Source: the human T2T-CHM13v2.0 reference genome, Homo sapiens
DNA: 64,000 nucleotides
Assembly: GCF_009914755.1 (NCBI RefSeq)
Contig: NC_060928.1
Direction: 5' to 3' (one strand)
In this document: positions 42,620 to 55,990 of the stretch, piece by piece
How the letters are laid out: the number at the start of each line of letters is the position of its first letter
Position numbering within the stretch: the stretch's first letter is position 1
Notes under the pieces: model-generated
The model's database searches: none
Seen by the model: the letters and a program-made list of their open reading frames with translations, nothing else
What the model was told of the DNA's origin: nothing
Program-made: the position numbers and the translations under genes

Positions 42620-44180
42620 TTTCACTTTTAGTTAACTTTGAAATACTAAGATTTATAGAAAAGTTGTAAGGATAGTATAAAGGGTTCCAGTAAGCCTTCC
42701 ACCCAGTCTCCCCTAATTGTAGCGTGTTATATAACCATGACACATTTATCAAAACTAAGAAATCAACATTGCTACACTATTGACTAAACTATGGACTTTA
42801 TTTGTCTTTTTGCCAGTTTTTCCAATAATACCCTTTTCCTATTCAAGGATCCAATCCAGAATACCACGTTGCATTCATCTGTTATGTCTTCTTAGTCTCT
42901 GCCAATCCGTGACAGCGTCGCTGTCTTCCCTTGTTACTCATGAACTTGACACTTTTGAAGAGTATTAGTCAGGTATTTTGTAGAATGCTCCTCAGTTGCT
43001 GATGTTTTCTCATGATTGGACTGGCATTCTGGATTTGGGGGTAAGGTAACACAGTGGTGACGTCCTTCTCGTTGCATCATTTCCGGGGATGCTTGACATC
43101 AACACTACTTATCATTGGTGATGCTCACCTCCATCACTTGGATAAGGCCAAATCTTTCAGATTTTTTCGCTGTAGGGTCACTATTTTTACTTTTCCAAAA
43201 CTCTATTTATTACAAGCAAGGCACTAAATCCAGCTTACTTTCATAAGGAGGGAAATTAAACTCCACCTGCTGGAGGAAAAAGTATGAAAGAATTTGTGGA
43301 TATATGTTAAATTCAGTACAGTAATTAATAAATCTTTGGGCACAGATATTTGAGGTTATGCAAATATCCTGTTTCTTCCTTATGTTTCAGACACTAATTT
43401 CAGCAGTCTTCCATGAATCTTCCCTATGGCGACTATTACTGTGGTATTCTAGTGGTGTATTAGTCCATTCTTACACTGCTAATAAAGACATATGGGAGAC
43501 TGGGTAATTTATAAAGAAAAAGATGTTTAATGGACTCACAGTTCCACAGGACTGGGGAGGCCTCACAATCATGGCGGAAGGCAAAGATAGAGCAAAGGCA
43601 CATCTTGTATGGTGGTAAGCAAGAGAGCATGTGGAGGGGAACTGCCCTTTATAAACCATCAGATCTCATGAGATTTATTCACTATCACCAGAACAGCATG
43701 GGAAAAAATCAGAGCCATTATTCAATTACCTCCCACTGGGTACCTCCCAGGTCAGGTGGGGATTATGGGAGCTACAATTCAAGACAAGATTTGAGTGGGG
43801 ACACAGCCAAACCACATCAAGTGGTGTCTTCCATTTCCCTCATTTCTTTTATGTTTACTATTTGGAAATCTTCCACAAGGAAGATTTTTTTCACTTCTCC
43901 TTCAATTATTTATGTATGTAACCATTTATTTTTATCAGTATAAACTCACTGATATTTACTTTTTTCTTTGGGTTATAACTCAGTAGTATTTTTATTAATT
44001 TTGTTGTTCAAAGTTTTCCAGCTTTGGCCACTGGGAGCTCTTTCAGGTTGGCTGCATGTTGCTTTGTCAGGCCTGTTCCCTGACCCCTTACTTTCTGGCA
44101 ACACAAGGTCCTCCAGGTTCATCATGCATTTTCCCTTCCCTAGCCCTTGAGTCAGGCAGTTCTCCAGGGAGTCCTAGTTC
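42620..44180 (-). mobile_element. old L1 (L1MD/ME) 3' UTR, interrupted by a THE1 LTR
   Basis: agatttatagaaaagttgtaaggatagtata..ggatccaatccagaataccacgttgcatt..ttctggcaacacaaggtcctccaggttcatc. Confidence 0.7.
43456..43819 (-). mobile_element. THE1 MaLR solo LTR
   Basis: tgtattagtccatt...ggacacagccaaaccacatca; TSD agtgg on both sides. Confidence 0.93.
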
Positions 44181-44239
44181 AACAGGGACAACTTTTCAAA
44201 TCAACTTCCATGTGTTGCTATGTATAATTTTCAGATTAT

Positions 44240-44561
44240 TTCTTTTCTTTTTTTTTTTTTGAGATGGAGTCTCGCTCTTTCGCCCAGGCCAGAGTGCAGT
44301 GGCACGATCTCCGCTCACTGCAAGCTCTGCCTACTAGGTTCATGCCATTCTCCTGTCTCAGCCTCCTGAGTAGCTGGGACTACAGGCACCCGCCACCACG
44401 CCTGGCTAATTTTTTTTTTTTTTTTTTTTTTTTTTGTATTTTTAGTAGAGACGGGGTTTCACTGTGTTAGCCAGGATGGTCTCCATCTCCTGACCTTGTG
44501 ATCCGCCCGTCTTGGCCTCCCAAAGTGCTGGGATTACAGGCATGAGCCACCACGCCCGGCC
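44240..44561 (-). mobile_element. AluY with expanded middle A-tract
   Basis: Diagnostic ctgcaagctc, atgccattctcc and tgttagccaggatggtctc; TSD aattttcagattat at 44226-44239 and 44562-44575. Confidence 0.93.
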
Positions 44562-45136
44562 AATTTTCAGATTATCTCTATGCTATAATTAATGCTATAA
44601 TTAACTATAGATTTTCCATAATTAAGTCATATGTATTACAGCACTCAGACTAACAGGCTGCAGTAAGAAGGAACATGAACCTATCACCAATGCTTTACCC
44701 TTCTTTCTCTAGCACTCACCTGGTAATCTCTGTGGGCCCAACTGGCTCTAAGATTCTATGATTCTATAATGAAAAGACAAAAGGCAAAAGATGTTCCCAT
44801 AAGGGACATTTCTTTGAATCAGAAAATTGTTTCATTTTGCCAAAAATAAATTTAAGCCCTAGTTGACCTCCATTTTGCCTTTTCTATCCTTCCTGTAGTT
44901 TAATCCTATTCCTTCCATTTTATTATCAATTTTGAAATGAAAATTTAAATTTGTTTTGCTTGATCAAATTATGATATAAATAAAGTAATAAAAATACAAA
45001 ACAATAAATTACACTTACTTATAAAGTCTACAGCTTCTTGAAATTAACATATTATAATCTACTGCTGCTGAAATCTTTAGTCATCAAACAGTTTAAACAC
45101 TAGAGTAGTGGTTCTTGACAGAGGGGACTTTGCCCC

Positions 45137-47407
45137 GATATGGATTGGCTGTGCCCCCATGCAAATCTTATCTTGAATTGTAGCTTCCACAATTCCCACA
45201 TGTTGTGGGAGGGATCAAGTAGGAGGTAATTGAATCACGGGGAAAGGCTTTTCCCATGCTCTTCTCATGATAATTAATAAGTCTCATGAGACATAATGGT
45301 TTTGTAAGGGAGAACTCTTTTCACTTAGTTCCCATTCTCTCTTACTGCTGCCATGTAAGAAGTACTTTTCACCTTCCACCATGATTGTGAGGCCTCCCTA
45401 GCCACATGGAACTGTGAGTTTATTAAACCTATTTTCTCTCCAGTCTCAGGTATGTCTTTATCAGCAGTGTGAAAATGAACTAATACAGTAAATTGGTACC
45501 AGTGGACTGGGGCATTGCTGAAAAGATACCCAAAAATGTGAAAGCAACTTTGGAACTGGCTAACAGGCATAGGTTGAAACTGTTTGGAGGGCTCAGAAGA
45601 AGACAGAAAATATAGGAATATTTGGAACTCCCTAGTAAAGACTTTTAAATGGCTTTGAGCAAAATGCTGATAATGATATGGGCAATGAAATCCGGGCTGA
45701 GGTGGTCTCAGATGGAGAGGAGGAATTTGTTGGGAACTGGAGCAAAGGTGACTCTTGCTATATTTTAGCAAAGATACTGGCAGCATTTTGCCCCTGACCT
45801 AGAGATTTGTGGAACTTTGAACTTGAGAGAGATGATTTAGGGTATTTGGCAGAAGAAATTTCTAAACAGCAAAGCATTCAAGGTGTGACTTGGGTGCTGT
45901 TAAAAGTGTTCAGTTTTAAAAGGGAAACAGAGCATAAAAGTTTGACAAATTTGCAGCCTGACAATGTGATAGAAATTAAAATCCCATTTTCTAAGGAGAA
46001 ATTCAAGTTGGCTGCATAAATTTTCATAATTAATGAGGAGCTGAATGTTAATCACCAAGACAATGGGGGAAATGTCTCCAGGGCATGTCAGAGACCTTTG
46101 TGGTAGCTCCTCCCACCACAGGCCCAGAGGCCTAGGAGGAAAAAATGGTTTCATTGGCCGGGACCAGAGTCTCTCTGCTGTGTGCAGTCTAAGGACTGTG
46201 TTCCAGTTGCTCCATCCATGACTAAAAGGAGTCAAGGTACAGCTTGGGCCATGGCTTCAGAAAGTGCAAGTTCCAAGCCTTGGCAGCTTCCATGTGGTGT
46301 TGAGCCTGCAGGTGCAAAGGAGTCAAGAATTGAGGTTTGGGAACCTCTGCCTAGTTTTCAGAAGATATTATGGAAACATCTGGATGTCCAGGCAGAAGTT
46401 TGTTGCAGCAGTGGGGCCCTCATGGAGAACCTCTGCCAGGGCAGTGAAGAAGAGAAATGTAGGGTGGGGACCCCCACAGACTCCCCACTAGTGTGCTGCC
46501 TAGTGAAGCTGTAAGAAGAGAGCCACCATCCTCCAGACCCCAGAATGGTAGATCCACTGACAGCTTGCACAATGCACCTGGAAAAGCCACAGACACTCAA
46601 TACCAGCCCATGAAAGCAGCTGGGAGGGAGGCAGTATCCTCCAAAGCCACAGGGGCAGAGCTGCCTGAGATCACGGGAACCCATCTCTTGCATCAGCATG
46701 ACCCAGATGTGAGACATGGAGTCAAAAGATATCATTTTGGAGCTTTAAAATTTGACTGCCCTGCTGCATTTTGGACTTGCATGGGGCCTGTAGCCCCTTG
46801 GTTTTGGCCAATTTCTCCCATTTGTAACAGCTGTATTTACCCAATACATGTACCTACATTGTATCTAGAAAGTAATTAACTTGCTTTTGATTTTATGGGC
46901 TCATAGGCAGAGGGGACTTGCCTTGTCTCAGATGAGACATTGGACTGTAAGCTTTTGAATTAATGCTGAAATGGGTTAACAATTTGGGGTTCTACTGGGA
47001 AGGCATGATTGGTTTTGAAATGTGAGGACATGAGATTTGCGAGGGGCCAGGGATAGAATGATATGGTTTGGCTGTGTTCCCACACAAATCTCATCTTGAA
47101 TTGTAGCTCCCACAATTCCAACATGTTGTGGGAGGGACCCAGTGGGGGGTAACTGAATCATGGGGGCACGTATTTCCTGTGCTGCTCTTGTGACAGTAAG
47201 TCTTACAAGATATGATGGTTTTATAAGGGGAAACCCCTTTCAGTCAGTTCTCATTCTCTCTTGCTGCTGCCATGTAAGAAGTGCCTGTTTCCTTCTGCCA
47301 TGATTGTGAGGCCTCCCAAGCCACGTGGAATTGGGAGTCCATTAAACCTATTTTTCTTCCCAATCTCAGGTATATCTTTATCAGCAGTGTGAAAATGGAC
47401 CAATAGA
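45137..47407 (+). mobile_element. complete THE1 (THE1A-like) retroelement: LTR 45137-45487, internal 45488-47058, LTR 47059-47407
   Basis: Two homologous LTRs. The internal region starts gtaaattggtaccag and ends in a purine tract gaggggccagggatagaa. Flanked by gcccc and inserted in a MER20. Confidence 0.95.
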
Positions 47408-47595
47408 GCCCCCAAGGGAAACTTGTCAATCTCTAGAGACATTTATGGTTGTGGCATCCTGGAGGGATACTACTGGCATCTAGCAGGGACAGTCCTGAAA
47501 TGCTGCTAAGCGTCTTATAATATATCAGAGCCCACCACACCAAAGAATTATCCAGCCCAAAAGCCAGTAGTCTCAAGACTGGTAAATTATGGTCT
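47408..47595. mobile_element. MER20 remainder (left part at ~45103-45136)
   Basis: caatctctagagacattt..ctactggcatctag..atgctgctaa..caaagaattatccagcccaaaa. Confidence 0.7.
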
Positions 47596-48364
47596 AAAGG
47601 GACTTTTAATTTTCTAATTGGCTAGCTGGCTAAGTAACAGATATTTTCCTCCAAAATGCTTAAGGAAAATGATTAGCAAATTCCAAGGACTACTGCCACT
47701 AAAATGTTGAGTACAATAAAGAATTGCCTGGAAGAATCAGATGATAGAATACTTAGGATCCACTGTAGCTATACAGTGCCAAGAAAGCAAAGACACAGTT
47801 AGACTCATGTTACATCTTAACTTATTCCATTTTGAATAAGTGACTTATCTGACACAGCAAGGGTCAAATGCATCTGAAAAATACACTGTTAAATGCATGA
47901 ATTATCAGTAAGTTAGCACTTTAAACAAACACACTGATGGTCTGTTGGCTAACATGATATGGTTCTAGTGTGATGTAGGTAAGTGAATTTGGGGCCAGGA
48001 GATAGAATCTAGGAGTGTAGTCATGGCTCCATCTCTTGCTGACTGAGTGACTCTAGCTAGGTCATATGGCTTACCTGGGCTTCAGTTTCTGCATCTGATA
48101 AACGTGAACGCTTATATATGTCTGTTTTATCTACCTCACTGGTCATTGTGAGAATTCTTTTTTTAAGTACACTTTCTCTTTATTTGAGTATTGATATATT
48201 CTCATATTTTTTTATACTCCTCATATATGGTTTTGGAAATAACAATGTATTTGGAAGACCAAGGAAAAGTAGATTCCTCCAGGGAGGAGGCTTCACACCC
48301 CCATGTAGAGACATGATTGGGCTCCTATAATTAACTAACTTCTCTCCTCTCATATGTCTCATTA

Positions 48365-49497
48365 GAGTGTAAAAATAGATTTTTAAAAGTATCATAGACA
48401 AGCCACAGACTTGTAGAAAATATTTTCAAAATGCATATCTGATAAAAAATGTGTATCTAAAATGTACAAAGAACTCTTAAAATTCAACAATAAGAAAACA
48501 AGCAACCCAGTTAAATAATGTAAAAAAACCTGAACAGACCCCTCACCAAAGAAGGTAAACAGATGCCAAATAAGGATATGAAAAAATGCTCAATATTGTT
48601 TGTCAACAGAGAATTGCAACTTAAAATGACAACAAAGTACCACTACATAACTATTGTAATTTTTGAACTGGAACAATTTGAGCAATAAAATAAATAGAAT
48701 AATATATAATTTTAACTCAAAGTACCAAATAAATATCCATGAGTCCATACTGTTACTAATAGATAATTGAATAAATATTTAAATGGGGGATATGAGACAA
48801 ATTATGCATAAGAATTCTAAATAATTTGTCTGGATACTCCACCCTCAGGAGGTGGAGCAAAACTTCTCACTCATTAAGTGTGGGCTGCACAAAGTGGCCT
48901 CCTTCTAAAGAGTGCACTATGGAAAGAGAAAACCTAACAAACACCACCTTGGCCAAGGTGAACAAGGTCACCATAAATAGTGATTAGTCATGTTGACAGT
49001 ATGTACCCTTCAGACGATGTGATGATGATGGCACCTTACCTCTGTGGTTCTCCTCCCCAAAAGCCATGACCCCAGTCTAATCATGAGAATAACAACATAA
49101 AGATTTCAGTACGGGGCATCCTACTGTACCCCTGATCAGTGCTCTTCCAAACCTGCAAGGTCATACAAAGCAGAAAATGTCCCAGCAACTGCCTCAGCCA
49201 GAGGAACCTCAGGAGACTTGACAGCTAAATGTTTCTTGGGATCTTGAATGAGATCCCAGAACAGAAAAGGACACTCAGTGAAAACCACATAAATGTAAGT
49301 AAAATATAGGCTTTAAGTAATAAAAATATATCAATATTGGTACATGAATAATAATAAATGCACTAATATAATATATATAATATTGTAAGACGTTAATGAT
49401 AAACACAGCCGAGGGTGGACGTGAACTCTGTGTACTCTAAGTTCACAATATTTCTGTAGATATGCAAATCTCCTAAAACAAAGTTTATTTTAAAAAC
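48365..49497 (+). mobile_element. L1MC/MD fragment
   Basis: gacaagccacagacttgtagaaaatattttcaaaatgcatatctgataaa..; 3' UTR ggatactccaccctcaggaggtggagc; ends aaaacaaagtttattttaaaa. Confidence 0.8.
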
Positions 49498-49827
49498 AAT
49501 ATTATTATAATGATTGATGAAAAACATTGTGAGAGAGCAGTCGTGGTTTAAACTGTTATTGCACTTTGTGAGCATTTGGTTTTTCTAACAGAAGATGGAA
49601 CTAGAAGACACACCTTTAGATTTGCTCAGTAGTTTACCCTGGGGCAGCTGGTACCACCCCTCTGTCATTAGCCATTTAGGAAAGCTAGGAGAAAAGTGTC
49701 ATTGTTTAATTACATGTCAGAGGACAATGAGCGTCACAGAGTGCATGTGGAGTATGTTGGAAAATGTTTCCTTCCACACAGTGAGCCTGATATATCTCTC
49801 TAATAAAGGGCAAATGGAGAAGGACTT

Positions 49828-50010
49828 CCATCCCTGTCACTGAGTATGTACCACCAGGGCTGTCAGCTGTGGACCATCCCCATCACTGAGTATAGGCCAC
49901 TAGTGTTGTCAGCTGTGGACCATCCCTGTCACTGAGTATGGGCCACCAGGTTTTGTCAGCTGTGGACCATCCCTGTCACTGAGTATGGGCCACCAGGGTT
50001 GTCATCTGTG
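49828..50010 (+). repeat. tandem repeat, 46-bp unit x4
   Basis: ccatccctgtcactgagtatg..ccaccagg..tgtcagctgtgga at 49828, 49874, 49920 and 49967. Confidence 0.92.
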
Positions 50011-50544
50011 AATGGAAACCATTCATCTCTCCAGGACGCTGGAGCCCTAGTGAAGTGAATGTGCTCATATGAAGACTCACACAAGTATAAAATGTTTAGG
50101 CTTCTTGGGGATGAGGCTGGCTATGGCCACTGGCTGGAAAACAGGGTGTGTTTTCCTACCATCCTTCCCTCTTTCTCTATTCCATTCATATCAGCCTCAG
50201 ACTTTCTGAAAAAAAAAAAAAAAAAAAAAACCCACAATAAAATTAGTTCTTCATGTAGAGCCCAGAGCAGTTTGGTTTTGTATCCAGGATTCCTGTAAAG
50301 ATAATATATTTCTCCCCTAAGTTTCACCTTAGAATGTCTCTTCTCGAACCATAGCAATTTCCCTCTCAGCTAAACAGAAGATTTTCCCAACTAGAAAATC
50401 ACCAGACATGCTGTTTCCAGGATGACTTACTTTGAATGCTCAGTGCATTTGAAACTGAACTCCCATGGATAGGAAAGGGGTATGGAGCCGTCATTACATA
50501 GCAAATCTTGAAAACGTCAAGATCATTGAACTAAAAAACTTCAA

Positions 50545-50904
<360 letters not shown>

Positions 50905-52499
50905 CTACATTAATACAAATGACAGATTATAACCATATATAAATATCCCAATTAAAACAAACAAATGACTAAAACAGGTGGCAGTGTTAATTGCCGATCT
51001 CTCTGTGGTCCACATTCTGTTTCATTCCTTTAGAACGTCACTACCTACCCCTCGATCTGCAATGCTAGTAAAAGGACTTTCATGTCTGTGCACTTTAAGC
51101 GTTTTGGGGATGGCATCACAGGAGCAGAAGAGGCCATGGGAAAAGAAACTTTGAATGCAGGGAGCATATTGAGGTAGTCAGTGTGTTCTGCTGCTTGATC
51201 CTGACACCGGGCTATTGAAATTGAAGATGGAAAACCCGTATTGAGTCATTTGGCTCTCTCCCTTGAGGGCAGTAGATTATGCTGGACAGTATTTTATTTA
51301 GCACCCTGTCCATTTCTATTTTAACTTGCTCTTCCTTGGAGGCCTATTAACTCAAACCCAGCAAGGATTTTATTACAAATGGAAGGCATTCTACTAGTTG
51401 GTCATTTCTTCCACAAAACACACATTCTCCTGCTGAGATATTAAAAAACAAAATTTACCAAACAACATGAAAACAGTGCTGGATTGTAGAAGGAGCAATA
51501 AGCGGATTGTCGCAAACTGGCTCCAGACGCTCACTCTGACTTGCCTGAAACACATGCTCACTGAGAATCCTCAACACTGGGTCCCTGGAAATAGGGACCA
51601 TGTGACACTAAGCGACCTGTAGCACTGATATCCTCATAGCCCCTTTTCCCCACAGGTCCCACGATACCCAGGTTCTGGGCAGTTAGTGTTCCCAGGCAAT
51701 TCTCATAAACAGCTACACCACATGCAGACTGCTTGGTACTGAGGAAATCTCATTCAACATCGACAAGTTTGCTTTCAGGCTTGCCCTTTGTAAAAGTCAG
51801 AGTGGCCCCAGTGGAATGCAAGTCCATGCTACTGGTCAGAAAAATATCTTGGTCCTCGTGTTTTCTCTATGGCAAAGATGAGAGGATGAGGGACACTGGG
51901 CTTTTCTCCTCCCGGGTTCTGTAAGCTTCTGCCTTCCTAAAAAGGCTGATTCCCTAACTCATGCCATTCTCCAACCTGGTGCATGAAAGACAGTGTCCCA
52001 GATGGCATCTTCCTTGAACAACGAAGAACGAGGACTTCTGGAGCCAAAAGCTGGGTTAAATATGTGCTCTGATGTTCATTCGCTACAGGAGCCTCGGGTT
52101 CCGCATCTGTCAACTAGAAATAACACCCTTGCCTTAGGCAGGGGCTGTGGTAACGTGCTGTGGGTACATAGTGACGGTCAGAACAGTAAAGAAATGCAAT
52201 CAGTGGTAGCTACTACTGTTGGCATAATTACGAACAGCAGGAGGATGAACAGACACCCCCTGAAAACTTAGGAACATTATTTTTAAATCACATGTAGTGT
52301 GAAAAGTACACAGTTTGGTTTGTTATACAGAAACAAGAGGTTTAAATCCATGGAGTAGAAGATAACGATAATGCACTGATTGCTGGTTATGAAAGTCAGG
52401 AAGAAAATAACCAAGTTCAGTGCTCATCTTGATCTAAGACCATTCATGGCCTGACCTCTCTAATGCGCAGAGGATAAAACCCGGGAGTGCATGATGCTC

Positions 52500-54972
52500 A
52501 CCAAGGATCAGTCAGAATTTCTCCAAGGATCAGCTCCCAAATCAACCAAAACTTCTCCAAGGTTCAGCTCCCAAATCAACCAGAACTTCTCTAAGGATCA
52601 GCTCCCAAATCAACCAGAACTTCTCCAAGGTTCAGCTCCCAAATCAACCAGAACTTCTCCAGGGATCAGCTCCCAAATCAACCAGAAATTCTCCAAGGAT
52701 CAGCTCCCAAATTAGCCAGAACTTCTCCAGGGATCAGCCCCCAAATCAACCAAAACTTCTCCAAGGATCAGCCCCAAATCAACCAAAATTTCTCCAAGGA
52801 TCAGCTCCCGAATCAACCAAAACTTCTCCAAGGATCAGCCACCAAATCAACCAGAACTTCTCCAAGGTTCAGCTCCCAAATCAACCAGAACTTCTCCAAG
52901 GATCAGCCCCCAAATCAGCCAGAACTTCTCCAGGGATCAGCCCCCAAATCAGTCAGAACTTCTCCAAGGATCAGCTTCCAAATCAACCAGAACTTCTCCA
53001 AGGATCAGCTCCCAAATCAACCAGAACTTCTCCAAGGTTCAGCTTCCAAATCAACCAGAACTTCTCCAAGGATCAGCCCCCAAATCAGCCAGAACTTCTC
53101 CAGGGATCAGCCCCCAAATCACCCAGAACTTCTCCAAGGATCAGCTCCCAAATTAGTCAGAACTTCTCCAAGGATCAGCTTCCAAATCAACCACAACTTC
53201 TTCAGGGATCAGCCCCCAAATCAGCCAGAACTTCTCCAAGGATCAGCTACCAAATCAGTCAGAACTTCTCCAGGGATCAGCTCCCAAATCAGCCAGAACT
53301 TCTCCAAGGATCAGCTCCCAAATCAACCAGAACTTCTCCAAGGATCAGCTCCCAAATCAACCAGAACTTCTCCATGCATCGGCTCCCAAATTAATCAGAA
53401 CTTCTCCAAGGATCAGCCCCCAAATCAACCAGAACTTCTCCAGGGATCAGCCCCCAAATCAGCCAGCACTTCTCCAGGGATCAGCTCCCAAATCAACCAG
53501 AACTTCTCCAAGGATTAGCTCCCAAATCAACCAGAACTTCTCCAAGATTCAGCTCCCAAATCAGTCAGAACTTCTCCGAGAATCAGCTCCCAAATCAACC
53601 AGAACTTCTCCAAGATTCAGCTCCCAAATCAGTCAGAACTTCTCCAAGGATCAGCTCCCAAATCAGTCAGAACTTCTCCAAGGATGAGCCCCCAAATCAA
53701 CCAGAACTTCTCCAAGGTTCAGCTCCCACATCAGTCAGAACTTCTCCAAGGTTCAGCCCCCAAGTCACCCGGAACTTCTCCAAGTTTCAGCTCCCAAATC
53801 AGTCAGAACTTCTCCAAGGATCAGCCCCCAAATCAACCAGAACTTCTCCAAGTTTCAGCTCCCAAATCAGTCAGAACTTCTCCAAGGATCAGCCCCCAAA
53901 TCAACCAGAACTTCTCCAAGGATCAGCTCCCAAATCAACCAGAACTTTTCCAAGTTTCAGCTCCCAAATCAGTCAGAACTTCTCCAAGGATCAGCCCCCA
54001 AATCACCTGGAACTTCTCCAAGGATCAGCCCCCAAATCAACCAGAACTTCTCCAAGGTTCAGCCCCCAATTCACCCAGAACTTCTCCAATGGTCAGCCCC
54101 CAAATCAACCAGAACTTCTCCAAGGTTCAGCTCCCAAATCAACCAGAACTTCTCCAAGGTTCAGCTCCCACATCAGTCAGAACTTCTCCAAGGTTCAGCC
54201 CCCAAGTCACCCGGAACTTCTCCAAGGATCAGCCCCCAAATCAACCATAACTTCTCCAAGTTTCAGCTCCCAAATCAGTCAGAACTTCTCCAAGGATCAG
54301 CCCCCAAATCACCCGGAACTTCTCCAAGGATCAGCCCCCAAGTCAACCAGAACTTCTCCAAGGTTCAGCTCCCAAATCAGCCAGAACTTCCCCAAGGTTC
54401 AGCCCCCAAATCACCCAGAACTTCTCCAATGATCAGCCCCCAAATCAACCAGAACTTCTCCAAGTTTCAGCTCCCAAATCAACCAGAACTTCTCCAAGGA
54501 TCAGCTCCCAAATCAACCAGAACTTCTCCAAGGATCAGCTCCCAAATCAACCAGAACTTCTCCAAGGATCAGCTCCCAAATCAACCAGAACTTCTCCAAG
54601 GATCAGCTCGCAAATCAGCCAGAACTTCTCCAAGGATCAGCTCCCAAGTCAGCCAGAACTTCTCCAAGGATCAGCCCCCAAATCAGCCAGAACTTCTCCA
54701 AGGTTCAGCTCCCAAATCATTCAGAACTTCTCCAAGGATCAGCTCCCAAATCAACCAGAACTTCTCCAAGGTTCAGCTCCCAAATCAGTCAGAACTTCTC
54801 CAAGGATCAGCCCCCAAATCAGTCAGAACTTCTCCCAGGATCAGCTCCCAAATCAACCAGTACTTCTCCAAGGATCAGCTCCCAAATCAACCAGACCTTC
54901 TCCAGGGATCAGTTCCCAAATCAGCCAGAAATTCTCCAGGGATCAGCTCCCAAATCAGCCAGAACTTCTCCC
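52500..54972 (+). repeat. large minisatellite, 34-bp unit, ~72 copies
   Basis: Unit ccaagg(a/t)tcagc(t/c)cccaaatca(acc/gtc/gcc)agaacttct over about 2.47 kb. Confidence 0.98.
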
Positions 54973-55103
54973 AGGGTGGGAGATCTTTTGATCTCATGCA
55001 GTCCCTTCATAGTGCTCAGCATTTTACCCAGAAAAGCATCAGTCACCCGTAAAGGCTAAGTTTTAAACACTGTAAAACCAGAAAATGTTATATACACGAC
55101 TGT

Positions 55104-55168
55104 GTGAGGCGTGAACGTGGGGAAGTGAGTGTGAAAGTGCATGAATGTGAGCATTCAAGAAGGCATGA
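55104..55168 (-). promoter_or_regulatory. YCAY cluster (candidate NOVA splicing enhancer)
   Basis: Eight YCAY tetramers in 65 nt on the minus strand, about 105-170 nt downstream of the 24-nt exon candidate. Confidence 0.4.
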
Positions 55169-55272
55169 GTGTGCGAGGGAACCCCACCAACAAAGCAAGC
55201 AAGAGGACCTGGCCTCTTTCTATTTGCGACAACCCTTAATGGGGCTCAGAGATTTCCCACTGCGTTCCTTAC

Positions 55273-55296
55273 CCTCTTAGTGCTGCACACCGGCCT
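55273..55296 (-). CDS. candidate 24-nt microexon (x-GRCAALR-G in phase 2 or RPVCSTKR in phase 0)
   Basis: Minus strand reads cctctatttcttttccttgcttatggctttgtag|AGGCCGGTGTGCAGCACTAAGAGG|gtaagg: long pyrimidine tract with TGC, GTAAG donor and a downstream YCAY cluster. Confidence 0.45.
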
Positions 55297-55439
55297 CTAC
55301 AAAGCCATAAGCAAGGAAAAGAAATAGAGGATCGTGAGTTTAAACAGTTCAGAATAAATTGGTATTGGGTGTTAAGGGCTTAAATTCCACTATCTATGTT
55401 TACCGTATCTTAAGTTGAATCAAAACAAAATCCAACAAC

Positions 55440-55990
55440 ACAATGTTACAAGATGTTGCTGCCTAGAAACAACCGAAAGCTGGATTAGAGGGTCATAAAT
55501 TAAGGATTGGGTACATTGTAACTAATTAAATACATACAAAAGAAAAGCAGATTTGGTAATATCATTTCAGGCTATGTAGTATTTAAAGTCTCTTATTGAG
55601 TTAAAAGAGCATCATATTATTTTAAATTGGTAAGCTAATAATAAAGATATGACATGAATAAACTTTAATATACCAAATAAAAAAGCCCCAAAGTATATAT
55701 ATATAAAACAAAAAACAGACAGACGTATGGCTGCAGCTGATAAATTTTTAACTCACCATTATCAACATACAGCAGATACCATATTCAAAAATGAAACAAA
55801 ATAAGAACTGAAAAAAATAAGTAATAAAATTAATGTGGTGGAACTAATAGAATATGCCAAACTTTTTATCTGAAAGTTAGAAATCTCATCCTCTTTCATA
55901 CCTTCTGTCCATATACAATCACCAACTGTGAAAACAAAATTATCATCCTATTTCCAGAAATTATTAAGACAAAAAGCTGATAAAAATATT
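55440..55990 (+). mobile_element. ancient L1M ORF2 (endonuclease region) remnant
   Basis: A-rich degenerate similarity: aaaagaaaagcagatttggtaatatcatttcagg..aataaactttaatataccaaataa..ttttaactcaccattatcaa. Confidence 0.45.

Noticed and set aside
50160-50205. 46-nt minus-strand exon candidate after poly-T
   Set aside because: The acceptor is only a mononucleotide run, the donor is moderate, and it is not frame-preserving.
52500-54972. CRISPR-like regular array or mucin-like CDS
   Set aside because: Units are head-to-tail with no unique spacers, the context is eukaryotic with no cas genes, and the unit length is not a multiple of 3.
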